From NCBI GenBank assembly GCA_964399865.1, contig CAYNRJ010000002.1, positions 161,108 through 225,107 of the forward strand: a stretch of 64,000 nucleotides of DNA, written 5' to 3'. The translations under genes were made by a program, and so were the position numbers. Shown here in pieces: positions 28,565 through 38,165 of this stretch (position 1 is its first letter; each line of letters opens with the position of its first letter). Under the pieces are notes generated by a model that saw nothing but the letters and a program-made list of their open reading frames with translations, had not been told where the DNA came from and searched no databases. The stretch is from an uncultured Candidatus Saccharibacteria bacterium (GTDB taxonomy: Bacteria; Patescibacteriota; Minisyncoccia; Phycocordibacterales; UBA2100).

Positions 28565-29194
28565 ATGGAGACGATACGACTTTCGGAGGTGGGTCCTGAG
28601 GTTGCGGCGATAAAAGCAGCAGCCGTCCTACGTGCTGGAGGTGTCATCTTGTATCCGACCGACACTCTGTATGGGCTTGGGGCAGATGCGCTTTCTGATG
28701 AAGCTTTGCTCAAGGTACAAAAGATAAAAGGACGCGACGAGAAGAAGCCAGTGCATGCGATTGTCGCAGATATAGAAATGGCGGGAACGTACGGGGTTTT
28801 AAATGATGCAGGTCTCGCGCTTGCTCGCGCATTTTGGCCAGGTCCACTAACGCTTATCCTTAAAAAGAAGCCAGGTACCAGTACGGGCATTGCACGTGGG
28901 CTCGATACATTTGGTGTTCGTGTACCAAAAAACGATTTTTGTCTCGAGCTTGCACAGGAATTCGGGAAACCGTTCACGACGACGAGCGCCAACAAAAGTG
29001 GAGAGGAATCTAAGCTCTCGGTTCCTGAAATTGTTACGCAATTAGGAACGGCGTCAGAAAACATAGACCTCATTATTGATGCAGAGGAATTGCCTCCATC
29101 TCTACCCTCAACGATTGTTGATGTGCACTCCTCGAATTCCGTCATACTCCGAGAAGGAGCGATCTCATCCGAAACAATCAAGGATGTATCGTAG
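28565..29194 (+). CDS. tsaC: L-threonylcarbamoyladenylate synthase (YrdC/Sua5 family)
   Basis: YPTDTLYGLGADA signature. Start taken at METIRLSEV. Confidence 0.87.
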   Translation: METIRLSEVGPEVAAIKAAAVLRAGGVILYPTDTLYGLGADALSDEALLKVQKIKGRDEKKPVHAIVADIEMAGTYGVLNDAGLALARAFWPGPLTLILKKKPGTSTGIARGLDTFGVRVPKNDFCLELAQEFGKPFTTTSANKSGEESKLSVPEIVTQLGTASENIDLIIDAEELPPSLPSTIVDVHSSNSVILREGAISSETIKDVS

Positions 29195-29277
29195 GTACAT
29201 ATTGTTTTTTCAAAACGAGTAGGCTATGGTCAGGGGAGAAGACAGCGAACGGGTTCGCATGTCATGAGGAGAACTCG

Positions 29278-29529
29278 ATGGCTTTCGTTGCAATTGATTG
29301 GCCCTCCAACCTGCAGACCCGCGCCGAGCGAGAAGCTCGATCAAAGGGGCTCTATGAGGCGGTTCAGGCGGATCTCGAAGCGTCCCATCCGGGGGAATAT
29401 GTCATATTCCACGCAGTGACCGGCGAACATCTGGTCGACGACAAGGCGGCGGCTCTCTACGGTAAAGCCGACGAGAAGTGGGGTAAGGACGCCCCCACCT
29501 TATGTATGAGGGTGCGTAGTCGCACCTAG
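29278..29529 (+). CDS. hypothetical protein (83 aa)
   Basis: ORF only. A GC hairpin follows it. Confidence 0.35.
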   Translation: MAFVAIDWPSNLQTRAEREARSKGLYEAVQADLEASHPGEYVIFHAVTGEHLVDDKAAALYGKADEKWGKDAPTLCMRVRSRT

Positions 29530-29685
29530 ATCTTCAGCGCAAGAGAACATGGGGGTACAGGCTTTCGCTTGCACCCCCTCTCTGTATCTACCCGAACAGT
29601 TTTTCGACGCACTTGTTATTGAGTGTCCCTCGTATTCTCCCCAAAAGGCGTTAGAATTGCGGCATATCATTTTATTACAGAACAC

Positions 29686-30195
29686 ATGAAAAATTTCAGT
29701 ACGAATACCTGGATTATTATTGGAGTCGCAGTTGTCGTTCTTGTCGGAGGCGCTTGGTGGCTCATGGCTCGAGACACCGCGGAGAATGAAAATAATGACG
29801 CTGAAACAAATACTGAAGAAGAGATCGAAGATTCAGATGCTGCTTCCGCTCCAATCGACACCACAACAGTAAATACGACAGTCTCAAACGATGCTTCTAT
29901 TTCTGTTGCCGATCAAAGCGCAGGGACGACCGTGTCTGTTTCTTCCGTAACATTTGCAGAAATCGGTTGGATCGCCATTCGTGATGACCGTGGTTGGACA
30001 CTCGGTGCAAGTCGTTTTCCTGCTGGAACACATTCGAACGTAAAGGTTGAGTTGCTTCGCGGAACAACCGCGGGGGAAAGGTACCAGGTACTTCTATACG
30101 TAGACGACGGAGATGGCGCATTTGATCTCGACAATGAAATTCTCGTAACAAAGAGCGATGGCAGTGTCGCCGGCGCGATGTTTACGGCTAAGTAA
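29686..30195 (+). CDS. hypothetical membrane-anchored protein with a Thr/Ser-rich linker
   Basis: Start at MKNFSTNTWIIIG signal-anchor, then a low-complexity region and a C-terminal beta-rich domain. Confidence 0.45.
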   Translation: MKNFSTNTWIIIGVAVVVLVGGAWWLMARDTAENENNDAETNTEEEIEDSDAASAPIDTTTVNTTVSNDASISVADQSAGTTVSVSSVTFAEIGWIAIRDDRGWTLGASRFPAGTHSNVKVELLRGTTAGERYQVLLYVDDGDGAFDLDNEILVTKSDGSVAGAMFTAK

Positions 30196-30220
30196 AAACC
30201 GCGAAAATCCCCACCCGCAC

Positions 30221-30248
30221 TTGTCAAATCCCAATAAGTGGGTATAAT
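30221..30248 (+). promoter_or_regulatory. sigma70-type promoter TTGTCA-N16-TATAAT, leaderless
   Basis: ttgtcaaatcccaataagtgggtataat. The -10 ends 6 nt before the ATG at 30254. Confidence 0.6.
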
Positions 30249-30253
30249 CAGGC

Positions 30254-31306
30254 ATGGGTGTCAAAATCATCAAAGAAGGATTCACCTTCGACGACGTACT
30301 TATCCGGCCTGCTGCAAGCAGAATGGAGCCTTCCGAGGCGTCGCTTAAAACTGTCATTGCCGGGGTAGAGCTCTCTGTCCCGTTCCTTTCTGCTGCCATG
30401 GATCGCGTGACAGAGCCTGCTATGGCAATAGCTCTAGGGAAACTTGGCGGCTTAGGAGTACTCCATCGCAACGTCTCCGTGGAAGATCAGGTCAAGATGG
30501 TTCGCGAAGTAAAAAGCGCGGGCGTTAAAGTCGCGGCTGCCTGTGGTCCTTTTGCAGTTGACCGAGCGAAGGCTCTCGATGACGCAGAATGTGACGTCAT
30601 CGTTATCGATTGCGCACACGGTCATAATTTAAATGTTGTAGAAAGTGCAAAGAAAATAAAGCAAAGTCTCAAGCACGCAAAAATGATATTCGGTAACATC
30701 GCAACCGCAGAAGCTGCGAAAGCTGCGTGCGCATTCGCCGATGCTATTAAAGTTGGTGTGGGTCCTGGCTCCATTTGTACGACACGCATCATCTCGGGTG
30801 TTGGCGTCCCTCAGCTTTCAGCGATCCTTGATGTCGTCTCGGTCGCCGCGAAGAAAAAAGTTCCTGTAATTGCTGACGGAGGAATCCGCACGTCAGGAGA
30901 TATCGCAAAGGCGCTTGCCGCTGGAGCTTCCGCAGTCATGATTGGAAACCTGCTCGCCGGAACTGACGAAGCGCCAGGAAAAGTGGTAGAAAAGGACGGA
31001 AGAAAATTCAAGGAATATCGTGGCATGGGATCTGCTTCGGTTATAAAGAGCGCTGCTGGCCAGGAGCGTTATTTCACTCATGGAAGAAAAGCGGTCGCAG
31101 AGGGAGTTGAAGCTCTCGTCTCATACAAAGGACCCGTTATCGAAGTCATCGCATCCCTCGCGTCCGGTCTACAGGTAGGCATGGGATATGCAGGCGCGAA
31201 GACTATTCCTGAGTTCCACAAGAAAGCAGAATTCATTCGTATCACACACGCATCAATTGCAGAAGGAAAGCCTCATTCGCTCGCACACATTCATTCACAG
31301 GAATAA
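30254..31306 (+). CDS. guaB: IMP dehydrogenase/GMP reductase family protein lacking the CBS subdomain
   Basis: [11 protein letters not shown] catalytic Cys loop and [21 protein letters not shown]. At 350 aa there is no CBS pair. IMPDH versus GuaC cannot be decided from the sequence alone. Confidence 0.85.
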   Translation: MGVKIIKEGFTFDDVLIRPAASRMEPSEASLKTVIAGVELSVPFLSAAMDRVTEPAMAIALGKLGGLGVLHRNVSVEDQVKMVREVKSAGVKVAAACGPFAVDRAKALDDAECDVIVIDCAHGHNLNVVESAKKIKQSLKHAKMIFGNIATAEAAKAACAFADAIKVGVGPGSICTTRIISGVGVPQLSAILDVVSVAAKKKVPVIADGGIRTSGDIAKALAAGASAVMIGNLLAGTDEAPGKVVEKDGRKFKEYRGMGSASVIKSAAGQERYFTHGRKAVAEGVEALVSYKGPVIEVIASLASGLQVGMGYAGAKTIPEFHKKAEFIRITHASIAEGKPHSLAHIHSQE

Positions 31307-31353
31307 TTTCGATTTTTTGGGCACGGTTCCGAGAAGAGAAGTAGTGCGCGAAT

Positions 31354-32310
31354 ATGATGAAGCTACGTGATGTATCAGTCTCAGCAGTCCTTCTCACGGG
31401 CGCGGTTGTTTTCATGTCCCAAACTCCGCTATCTCTGCCGGAGCGTACAGAAATGGAATATCGTCGTCCTCCCGTTTCTTTCACGCCGCAAAGAAATGCG
31501 ACGATACTTTTTGGTGGGGATTTGATGTTTGACCGAAGTGTCAGACAAGTGATGGAGCGCGAGGGCGCGGATTTTATTTTCTCTTGCATGACTGAGACTC
31601 TGGAAGAGCCCGATCTTGTTGTTGCAAACCTTGAAGGCCCCATCACTGAATATCCCTCTATGTCAGTCGGAAGTGTCATTGGTTCTCCGCAAAACTTTAC
31701 ATTCACATTCCCGACCGAAACCGCCTCCATGCTAGCGCGTCACAACATCTCTCTAGTGAATCTGGGAAATAATCACATACGAAATTTCGGCAGCGAAGGG
31801 GTTGTGCAGACAAAACGGTTTCTTGATGAGGCCAATGTCCGTTATTTCGGGACACCGGATGTGCCTGAGCATGAGCGAGTTGCCGAGCTAGAGATAGGAG
31901 GTATTCCATTTTCTTTTGTAAATTGGAGCGATTGGACTAGTGAGGATGTTGAGTCGGTTATAGCAGAGATCAAGAAAGCGGCTGAAAGCGATAGAGTGAC
32001 CGTTGTGTACACACATTGGGGAGAGGAATACATAGAACCGACACCACGTGTTAAAGATCTTGCGCGCGCCTTTGTAGATGCAGGGGCGGAGATAGTGATC
32101 GGATCGCACCCACATGTCGTTCAGGAACATGAGATGTACCACGGGAAGTACGTGTACTATTCCTTGGGAAATTTTGTATTTGATCAGTACTGGAATGATG
32201 AGGTCAGTACCGGACTTTTACTTAAAGTCACTTTTTCAAAAGACGGCGTGAGTGGAGTAAGGGAAATCCCGATCAAACTCGGGCGTGATCGAAGGACGTG
32301 CCTTCTATAA
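31354..32310 (+). CDS. CapA-family metallophosphatase (poly-gamma-glutamate capsule synthesis-like)
   Basis: ILFGGDLMFDR, NLEGPIT, LVNLGNNH and VIGSHPHVVQ motifs of the PGA_cap family. Confidence 0.75.
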   Translation: MMKLRDVSVSAVLLTGAVVFMSQTPLSLPERTEMEYRRPPVSFTPQRNATILFGGDLMFDRSVRQVMEREGADFIFSCMTETLEEPDLVVANLEGPITEYPSMSVGSVIGSPQNFTFTFPTETASMLARHNISLVNLGNNHIRNFGSEGVVQTKRFLDEANVRYFGTPDVPEHERVAELEIGGIPFSFVNWSDWTSEDVESVIAEIKKAAESDRVTVVYTHWGEEYIEPTPRVKDLARAFVDAGAEIVIGSHPHVVQEHEMYHGKYVYYSLGNFVFDQYWNDEVSTGLLLKVTFSKDGVSGVREIPIKLGRDRRTCLL

Positions 32311-33450
32311 TTCTCCGTTTTTTATTGCCCTGCGGACTTTTGCGGCGAGCGCATTGAAATAATGCACGTTGTGCATGGTCGCCAATTTCATGCCGCTTAA
32401 TTCTCGCGCGCGGAGTAGATGTGCGATGTAACTGCGTGAGTATGATGCACACACGTCGCACGTACACGTTTTATCAATCGCGCCCGTGTCTTTAAGAAAT
32501 GTCGGTTTTCGGAGGTCCAGTCTTCCCTTTGAAGTAAAAAGTATTCCACGGCGTGCGTAATGCGTGGGCGCTATGCAATCAAACGTATCCATCCCGCTCT
32601 CAGCGAGAATTTCGAAATCCTCCGGGTGTCCGATACCAAGCGCATGACGTGGTTTTCCTTCTGGTAATATGTCTACCGCCCACCCCATTAACTTTCCCAT
32701 TCCGAGCTTGTCGTAGCCGTATTCACCGCCAATTGCAAAACCTTCAAAAGGAAGCGCTCCGATCACCGTCGCGCTTTCTTCTCGTAGGTCGCGATGCGAT
32801 CCTCCTTGTACTATGCCGTACATTGCTTGCGCATTGGACCGTCTTGCGTCGAGGGACTTCTTTGCCCAACGATGCGTTTTTTCAAGAGAGGTGTGCATGT
32901 ATTCTTTTGTTGCAGAAGGGGACGGGCATTCATCGAATGCGAGGATGATGTCGGCGCCGAGCGCTTCCTGAATGTGTATGGATTCCTTTGGGCCAAGAAA
33001 GAGTTCTTTGCCATCGATAGGGGAGCGGAAATGAACACCATCATCAGTGATCTTTAAATGGACTGGCTGCATATCCCTCTCCACCATTTTTCCGGTCGGC
33101 GTCTTAAGGATCTTCCCGATGCCGTGGTCTTTTCCAAACCCAAGGCTATATACCTGGAAACCGCCGGAATCTGTCATCATCGGCTTTTTCCAATTCATAA
33201 ACTTATGCAGCCCACCGGCTTTTTTGACAATTTTTTCGCCAGGCGCGAGGTGTAAGTGATACGTATTCGCAATGAGCGCAGGTGTACCTGCTTCTTCAAC
33301 TTCTTCGCTATCGAGCATCCGTACAGTGGCATGTGTAGCGACAGTAATGAATGCGGGTGTTTCGATCTCGCCGTGAGGCGTAGAAATAACGCCAAGTCGC
33401 GCCCGACTCTTCTTCGATTTCTTCAATATCTTGAACCCAAACGATTTCAT
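32305..33450 (-). CDS. tgt: queuine tRNA-ribosyltransferase
   Basis: MMTDSGGFQVYSL catalytic motif and zinc site CTCDVC...H. Confidence 0.92.
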   Translation of the reverse strand: MKSFGFKILKKSKKSRARLGVISTPHGEIETPAFITVATHATVRMLDSEEVEEAGTPALIANTYHLHLAPGEKIVKKAGGLHKFMNWKKPMMTDSGGFQVYSLGFGKDHGIGKILKTPTGKMVERDMQPVHLKITDDGVHFRSPIDGKELFLGPKESIHIQEALGADIILAFDECPSPSATKEYMHTSLEKTHRWAKKSLDARRSNAQAMYGIVQGGSHRDLREESATVIGALPFEGFAIGGEYGYDKLGMGKLMGWAVDILPEGKPRHALGIGHPEDFEILAESGMDTFDCIAPTHYARRGILFTSKGRLDLRKPTFLKDTGAIDKTCTCDVCASYSRSYIAHLLRARELSGMKLATMHNVHYFNALAAKVRRAIKNGEL

Positions 33451-33537
33451 CGGGACAGCATACCTGAACTTATCCGTAATCAGAAACAGAATAGTACGAT
33501 TGCTAAATGACCGAAAAATACGTACTATGCCTCAGAT

Positions 33538-33611
33538 TGCGGGATCGTCTAATGGTAGGACTACTGCCTCTGGAGCAGTGTATCTTGGTTCGAATCCAAG
33601 TCCCGCAGCCA
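33538..33611 (+). tRNA. tRNA-Gln (anticodon CUG), U1:A72, CCA encoded
   Basis: Hand-folded: acceptor UGCGGGA/UCCCGCA, D-arm GUCU-AAUGGUA-GGAC, anticodon arm ACUGC-CUCUGGA-GCAGU, T-arm CUUGG-UUCGAAU-CCAAG, then G-CCA. Confidence 0.85.
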
Positions 33612-33693
33612 CCACATGCTAAGTCAGGTGACTGACATGCATCAGGTCTCTATTCCGAAAAGGCATACCCGCTGAGTGCGGCATTCAAGACAG

Positions 33694-33721
33694 AAAAGTC
33701 GCCCCGAAATGGGCGACTTTT
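33694..33721. terminator. bidirectional rho-independent terminator
   Basis: aaaagtcgccc-cgaaat-gggcgactttt perfect 11-bp stem with T-runs on both strands, between tRNA-Gln (+) and the recombinase (-). Confidence 0.7.
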
Positions 33722-33724
33722 CTG

Positions 33725-35017
33725 TTATTCGAGCGTTATCTTTTTATCCTTCAGAAACAGTTTGCTTTGGAGGCATCCGAGCAATTCGCGCTTCTCTATA
33801 AGAGTTCCTTCTCTCAATAAGTACTTTGTGTAATTTCGTACATCCACATCAATAGCTATTTTGTCCTGCTTGTGTCCGAGCACACCTGATCTAAATTTGT
33901 TGAAGCGTTTTATCTCATCTTCGATTCTTGTTCTTACCCCAAGCTCGTCTAAGTTTACTGTATCCATTAATCCGATGAGTTCTTCAATCAGACTCGGCTC
34001 GTTTATCGGAGAATTCTTGCAGTCTATGTTTCGTGCCTTTGTGCAGAAGTAATACACGTGTCGATTCACGCCGCCATCTTTCAGTTTTTTGAATTTTTCG
34101 TCGGCTGATATCCCTGATCCACAGTGTCCGCATCGTATGAGTCTCGTAAAGGCGAACTCTTTGCTCTCAGTCTTTGGTATGTAGTTCGCATTCAGCGTCA
34201 TCTGTACTTTCATGAACAATTCTTTATCTATAATCGGCACATGTTTTCCTGTGTACCACTGTCCAGCACCTACTGGGTATTCAAAGTCTCCGTAGTAGAA
34301 CGGATTCCGTAAAATGATGTAAACATTTGCAAGCACAAGTGGTTTACCACGATGCGTCTTGAAGTCGATCTCTTTCAACCATCGGTATAATTTACGTCCG
34401 CTCCATTGTTCGTGTGCAACTTTCTCGAACATTTGCTTGATGACAGGCCCACGTTTTGGATCGATTCTGCACTGGCATTTTTTGTCGACATGTTTTTCGT
34501 TCAAGTATCCTGTCGGTGCAACTCCGGGTCTCCATCCCATTTCACATCTAGTGCGAAGTCCACGCTTCACATTTACTGCTTTGTTATCGTTCTCAAGTTT
34601 CGCCTGACTCCCCAGAATCATCAGAAGGAATTTCTCATTCGGGTTGTTGGTGAACTTCTGCCCATACGTGCGTATCTCGTGCAGGAGTTTCTGATCCATC
34701 AGATCTACGACCGACCCCAAATCTCCAGCATTTCTACTTAATCTATCTGGTGCCCATGTGAGTATTGCGTTGAATTTCTTCGAGCGTATATCCTCGATCA
34801 TTTGGTTGTACACAGGGCGTTGCCCAACCTCCTTTGAAGAGTGGGCCTCTCGTTTTATCTCGACAATATGCAGATGCTCTCGTTCAGCCAGTACCTGCAT
34901 TTCCTTTACTTGCGACTCTATTGAAAGCGCTTGCTTATCCTCCGCTTCGGTACTCTTACGGGCATAGAGGCAGTAGCGTAAAGCCTCTTGTGGTTGTGTT
35001 TTTTCCATATACCACAA
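33725..35017 (-). CDS. large serine recombinase (resolvase/invertase N-terminal domain, recombinase domain and zinc ribbon)
   Basis: CLYARKSTEAEDKQALSIESQ catalytic Ser region. C-terminal CGHCGSG...YYFC zinc ribbon and coiled coil. Confidence 0.88.
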   Translation of the reverse strand: MWYMEKTQPQEALRYCLYARKSTEAEDKQALSIESQVKEMQVLAEREHLHIVEIKREAHSSKEVGQRPVYNQMIEDIRSKKFNAILTWAPDRLSRNAGDLGSVVDLMDQKLLHEIRTYGQKFTNNPNEKFLLMILGSQAKLENDNKAVNVKRGLRTRCEMGWRPGVAPTGYLNEKHVDKKCQCRIDPKRGPVIKQMFEKVAHEQWSGRKLYRWLKEIDFKTHRGKPLVLANVYIILRNPFYYGDFEYPVGAGQWYTGKHVPIIDKELFMKVQMTLNANYIPKTESKEFAFTRLIRCGHCGSGISADEKFKKLKDGGVNRHVYYFCTKARNIDCKNSPINEPSLIEELIGLMDTVNLDELGVRTRIEDEIKRFNKFRSGVLGHKQDKIAIDVDVRNYTKYLLREGTLIEKRELLGCLQSKLFLKDKKITLE

Positions 35018-35131
35018 GAGATGACGCGATGGCCCTTAGGAGTCTAGGACGCATCAGTTGGTAACTGGGTGCCCAAATACCCCCCATGGGGTAGGTTTTT
35101 TCTTTATGAATTCCAGCTATACTATTCAGTA

Positions 35132-35545
35132 ATGACCTCTTGGTTTTCAATAATCGGAAAAGTGCTGCTTATCTTTGGACTTGTAGCCTTTTTGTCCCTT
35201 GGCATTTTTAGCGTGTCGAGTTCGACCATGAGCACGATGAACAGCAACGCAAACTGTCCTTTCGGTGGTCACTCAATAGTTATCTGTAAGATGAATCCGA
35301 TGGAACATATAGAGGAGTGGCAGAGCATGTTCACGATGCTACCAGCTCAAGACCTACTTTCGCTCCTTTTTGCACTCTTTGCACTTCTCGCTATAAGCAA
35401 ACTTAGATTCTGGAGTAAATTTTCAACACCTGAACCACCCCTTTTGCTTTCAAAGAATCAATACGCTCTTACAAACAGTTTTCGGATATTTGATCCGCTT
35501 AAGGAGGCGTTTTCAAGCGGAATTTTAAATCCCAAGATTTTCTAA
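35132..35545 (+). CDS. hypothetical membrane protein
   Basis: Start at MTSWFSIIGK. Two TM helices. Confidence 0.4.
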   Translation: MTSWFSIIGKVLLIFGLVAFLSLGIFSVSSSTMSTMNSNANCPFGGHSIVICKMNPMEHIEEWQSMFTMLPAQDLLSLLFALFALLAISKLRFWSKFSTPEPPLLLSKNQYALTNSFRIFDPLKEAFSSGILNPKIF

Positions 35546-35609
35546 ATAGTGTTTCTTTCTGTTAGGCAGTGCTTATCGGGCGCTGGCTTTATTAATTTAA
35601 TTTTATTCT

Positions 35610-36347
35610 ATGGAAGAAACAACACAACCACAACCAAAAACGCTTCTCACCATGCCAGTTGCAGTAATCATTGCCGGAGCACTTATTGCCGGTGCAGTTA
35701 TCTACAGCGGCAGCAAAACAGAGAGCCGAGAAGCGGCTAACAATCCGCAACAGCAGGTCGCCGCACAACAGACCGGTGATCTCGAGGCAATGAAACCGGT
35801 GTCAAAAGAAGATCATATACGAGGTAATCCGGATGCGCCGGTAAAGATTGTCGAATACTCGGACACCGAGTGCCCATTCTGCAAACGATTCCACCCGACC
35901 CTGCAACAGGTCATGGATGAATACGGCAAGAGCGGCAAAGTCGCGTGGGTATATCGGCACTTTCCACTCGATCAACTACACTCGAAAGCCCGCAAGGAAT
36001 CAGAGGCAACGGAATGTGCGGCGGAGCTTGGAGGCAATGATAAGTTCTGGGCGTACTTGGATCGGCTTATGGAAGTCACTCCGGCAAACAATGGACTCGA
36101 TCCGGCCGAGCTTCCGAAGATCGCACAGTATGTCGGTCTTGATACAGCCAAGTTCAATGAATGCCTCTCAAGCGGTAAGTACGCAAAGAAAATTGAGGAG
36201 CACGTGCAGAATGCAGTCGCTACCGGCGGCAACGGTACGCCGTGGAGCATTGTCGTAGGATCGAACGGCAAGAAGTATCCGCTCTCTGGAGCACAACCGT
36301 ACACGGCAGTAAAACAGCTCATTGATTCTGCTCTCGCTGGCAAGTAA
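35610..36347 (+). CDS. membrane-anchored DsbA-family thiol:disulfide oxidoreductase
   Basis: EYSDTECPFCKRFH is the CPFC active site. About 60% identical to the 20734..21507 product. Confidence 0.85.
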   Translation: MEETTQPQPKTLLTMPVAVIIAGALIAGAVIYSGSKTESREAANNPQQQVAAQQTGDLEAMKPVSKEDHIRGNPDAPVKIVEYSDTECPFCKRFHPTLQQVMDEYGKSGKVAWVYRHFPLDQLHSKARKESEATECAAELGGNDKFWAYLDRLMEVTPANNGLDPAELPKIAQYVGLDTAKFNECLSSGKYAKKIEEHVQNAVATGGNGTPWSIVVGSNGKKYPLSGAQPYTAVKQLIDSALAGK

Positions 36348-36352
36348 CGAGT

Positions 36353-36886
36353 ATGCAAGCCTTACTCAGCGTATTAAAAACGAGACGTTCACTGCTCATT
36401 GCGGTATGTGTGGCCGTATTCGTTTTTGCGCTCGCAGTGTGGCTACCCAATTTGCAGCTTCTAGCTACATTTTGGACTGATTCCGACGTGTCCATTACCG
36501 ACAAGGTTGCATTGTCATTGAAGCTCATTCCCTCAATCGCGACTAACTTCACCCTTCTCTCTGCCCTTTATACCGTTGTGATCGCGGTGCTCGCCGGAAT
36601 CAATGCGGCACTTATCACCGAACTGATCCGGACACGACGGATGGCAGTAGACGGAGTAGCTGCCGGTGGAGCAGGAATCATCGCAGGAGCGCTTGGTATC
36701 GGTTGTGCCGCATGTGGTTCGCTGATTATTACCGCGCTAGTCGGAACAAGCGTGGGAGCAACTCTAGTCGCTTTCTTACCGCTTGGAGACAATGAGTTCG
36801 GACTTATCGGCGTCGGCTTACTCGGCTATTCTATGTATCTCTTGACGAAGCAAATTAACAAAACAACGTGTGAAATAACAATATGA
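36353..36886 (+). CDS. hypothetical 4-TM membrane protein with an intramembrane CxxC
   Basis: GIGCAACGSL within a TM segment. Located between two DsbA genes. Confidence 0.45.
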   Translation: MQALLSVLKTRRSLLIAVCVAVFVFALAVWLPNLQLLATFWTDSDVSITDKVALSLKLIPSIATNFTLLSALYTVVIAVLAGINAALITELIRTRRMAVDGVAAGGAGIIAGALGIGCAACGSLIITALVGTSVGATLVAFLPLGDNEFGLIGVGLLGYSMYLLTKQINKTTCEITI

Positions 36887-37545
36887 AAATGAAAAGTACC
36901 TATATCTGGCTCGGCGTGGGTGTTGTAATTATTGGCGCTCTGTTCATTTCCGCAAAGTTTCTTGATAAGACTCCCGCTCCCGCAGTATCGGGTCCTGAAA
37001 CAACAAACATACTGGCGGTAGTGGCAGATGACCACATGAAAGGAAATCCGGACGCGAAAGTGACACTCGTCGAATACCTCGACTTTGAATGCGAGGCATG
37101 TGGCGCGTACTATCCGCTTATCAAACAACTTGGTGCGGAATTCCCGAACGACCTCCGTGTCGTGACGCGCTACTTCCCACTGCCCGGGCACAAGAACAGC
37201 ATGACTGCGGCAATTGCAGTCGAAGCGGCGTCAAAGCAAGATAAGTATTGGGAGATGCACGACAAGCTCTTCGAGACGCAAGAGACGTGGGGCAACAAAC
37301 AGATGCCGACGCCGCAAGTCTTTGAGCAATACGCACAAAAGATTGGTCTCGACATGGAAAAATTCAAGGCCGATGTGGCTGATCCTGCGACGAAAGCTCG
37401 GGTACAGCGCGATTTCGACGCGAGCGAGAAGCTCGGCAACAACGCTACCCCCTCTCTCTTTGTGAACGGGAAGAAGATACAGAATCCCAAAAGTTACGAG
37501 GCGTTCAAGCAGCTTATTCAATCGGAAATTGATAAAGCAAATTGA
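36883..37545 (+). CDS. DsbA-family thioredoxin-fold protein (CEAC active site)
   Basis: LVEYLDFECEACGAYYP CxxC motif and a signal anchor. Confidence 0.8.
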   Translation: MKMKSTYIWLGVGVVIIGALFISAKFLDKTPAPAVSGPETTNILAVVADDHMKGNPDAKVTLVEYLDFECEACGAYYPLIKQLGAEFPNDLRVVTRYFPLPGHKNSMTAAIAVEAASKQDKYWEMHDKLFETQETWGNKQMPTPQVFEQYAQKIGLDMEKFKADVADPATKARVQRDFDASEKLGNNATPSLFVNGKKIQNPKSYEAFKQLIQSEIDKAN

Positions 37546-38113
37546 TAGTATGACCCTTGACGCCTACTCAACCATCCTCGTATCCGGTTCAATCGCGATG
37601 TTTGCGGCACTTCTCGGGGCATGCATGGCATATTTCGCGTCACTCACCGCACGGAAAAAGTTGAGAGATATTCCGTACGAATATTACCTATCCGCTCTCG
37701 CTGCCATCTCACTCATTGCCATCGCGGGATCGTTAACCTATCAGCTCGTATACCTGACTCCGGTCTGCGAATTGTGCTGGTGGCAGCGCATCTTTCTGTA
37801 TCCGGTGAGCGTAATAACGCTTGTGGCGTTATGGTACAAGACGCGTGAGACACACGTAACGGTCGCGATACTTGCTGCGTTCGGGTTGTGGTATGCGCTC
37901 TACCATTACTATTATCATTTTCAGGGATTCGTTCTTGGTAATACACTGACGCTTCCGTGCTCGTACGGCGGACTCATGCCTGCGTGCACGGACTCGCCGA
38001 TCCTAGTGTTTGGATTCGCAACCATTCCTTTCATGGGCATCATGGTCTTCGGCAGTATACTGATGCTGTCAGGCCTTGCCTTTGGAACGCTATACCGAAC
38101 TCACAGCAAATAA
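37529..38113 (+). CDS. dsbB: DsbB/BdbC-family disulfide bond formation protein B
   Basis: PVCELCWWQRIFLYP (C-x-x-C-x-x-Q-R) and a second Cys pair LPCSYGGLMPAC. Four TM helices. Confidence 0.75.
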   Translation: MIKQIDSMTLDAYSTILVSGSIAMFAALLGACMAYFASLTARKKLRDIPYEYYLSALAAISLIAIAGSLTYQLVYLTPVCELCWWQRIFLYPVSVITLVALWYKTRETHVTVAILAAFGLWYALYHYYYHFQGFVLGNTLTLPCSYGGLMPACTDSPILVFGFATIPFMGIMVFGSILMLSGLAFGTLYRTHSK

Positions 38114-38165
38114 TTATTCTCGCAGTTATTAAATAAACACATCAAAGCTCAGTAATATAGTTCTT

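Noticed and set aside
28558-29181. 207-aa minus-strand ORF
   Set aside because: It lies antisense to tsaC, whose YrdC motif is unambiguous on the + strand.
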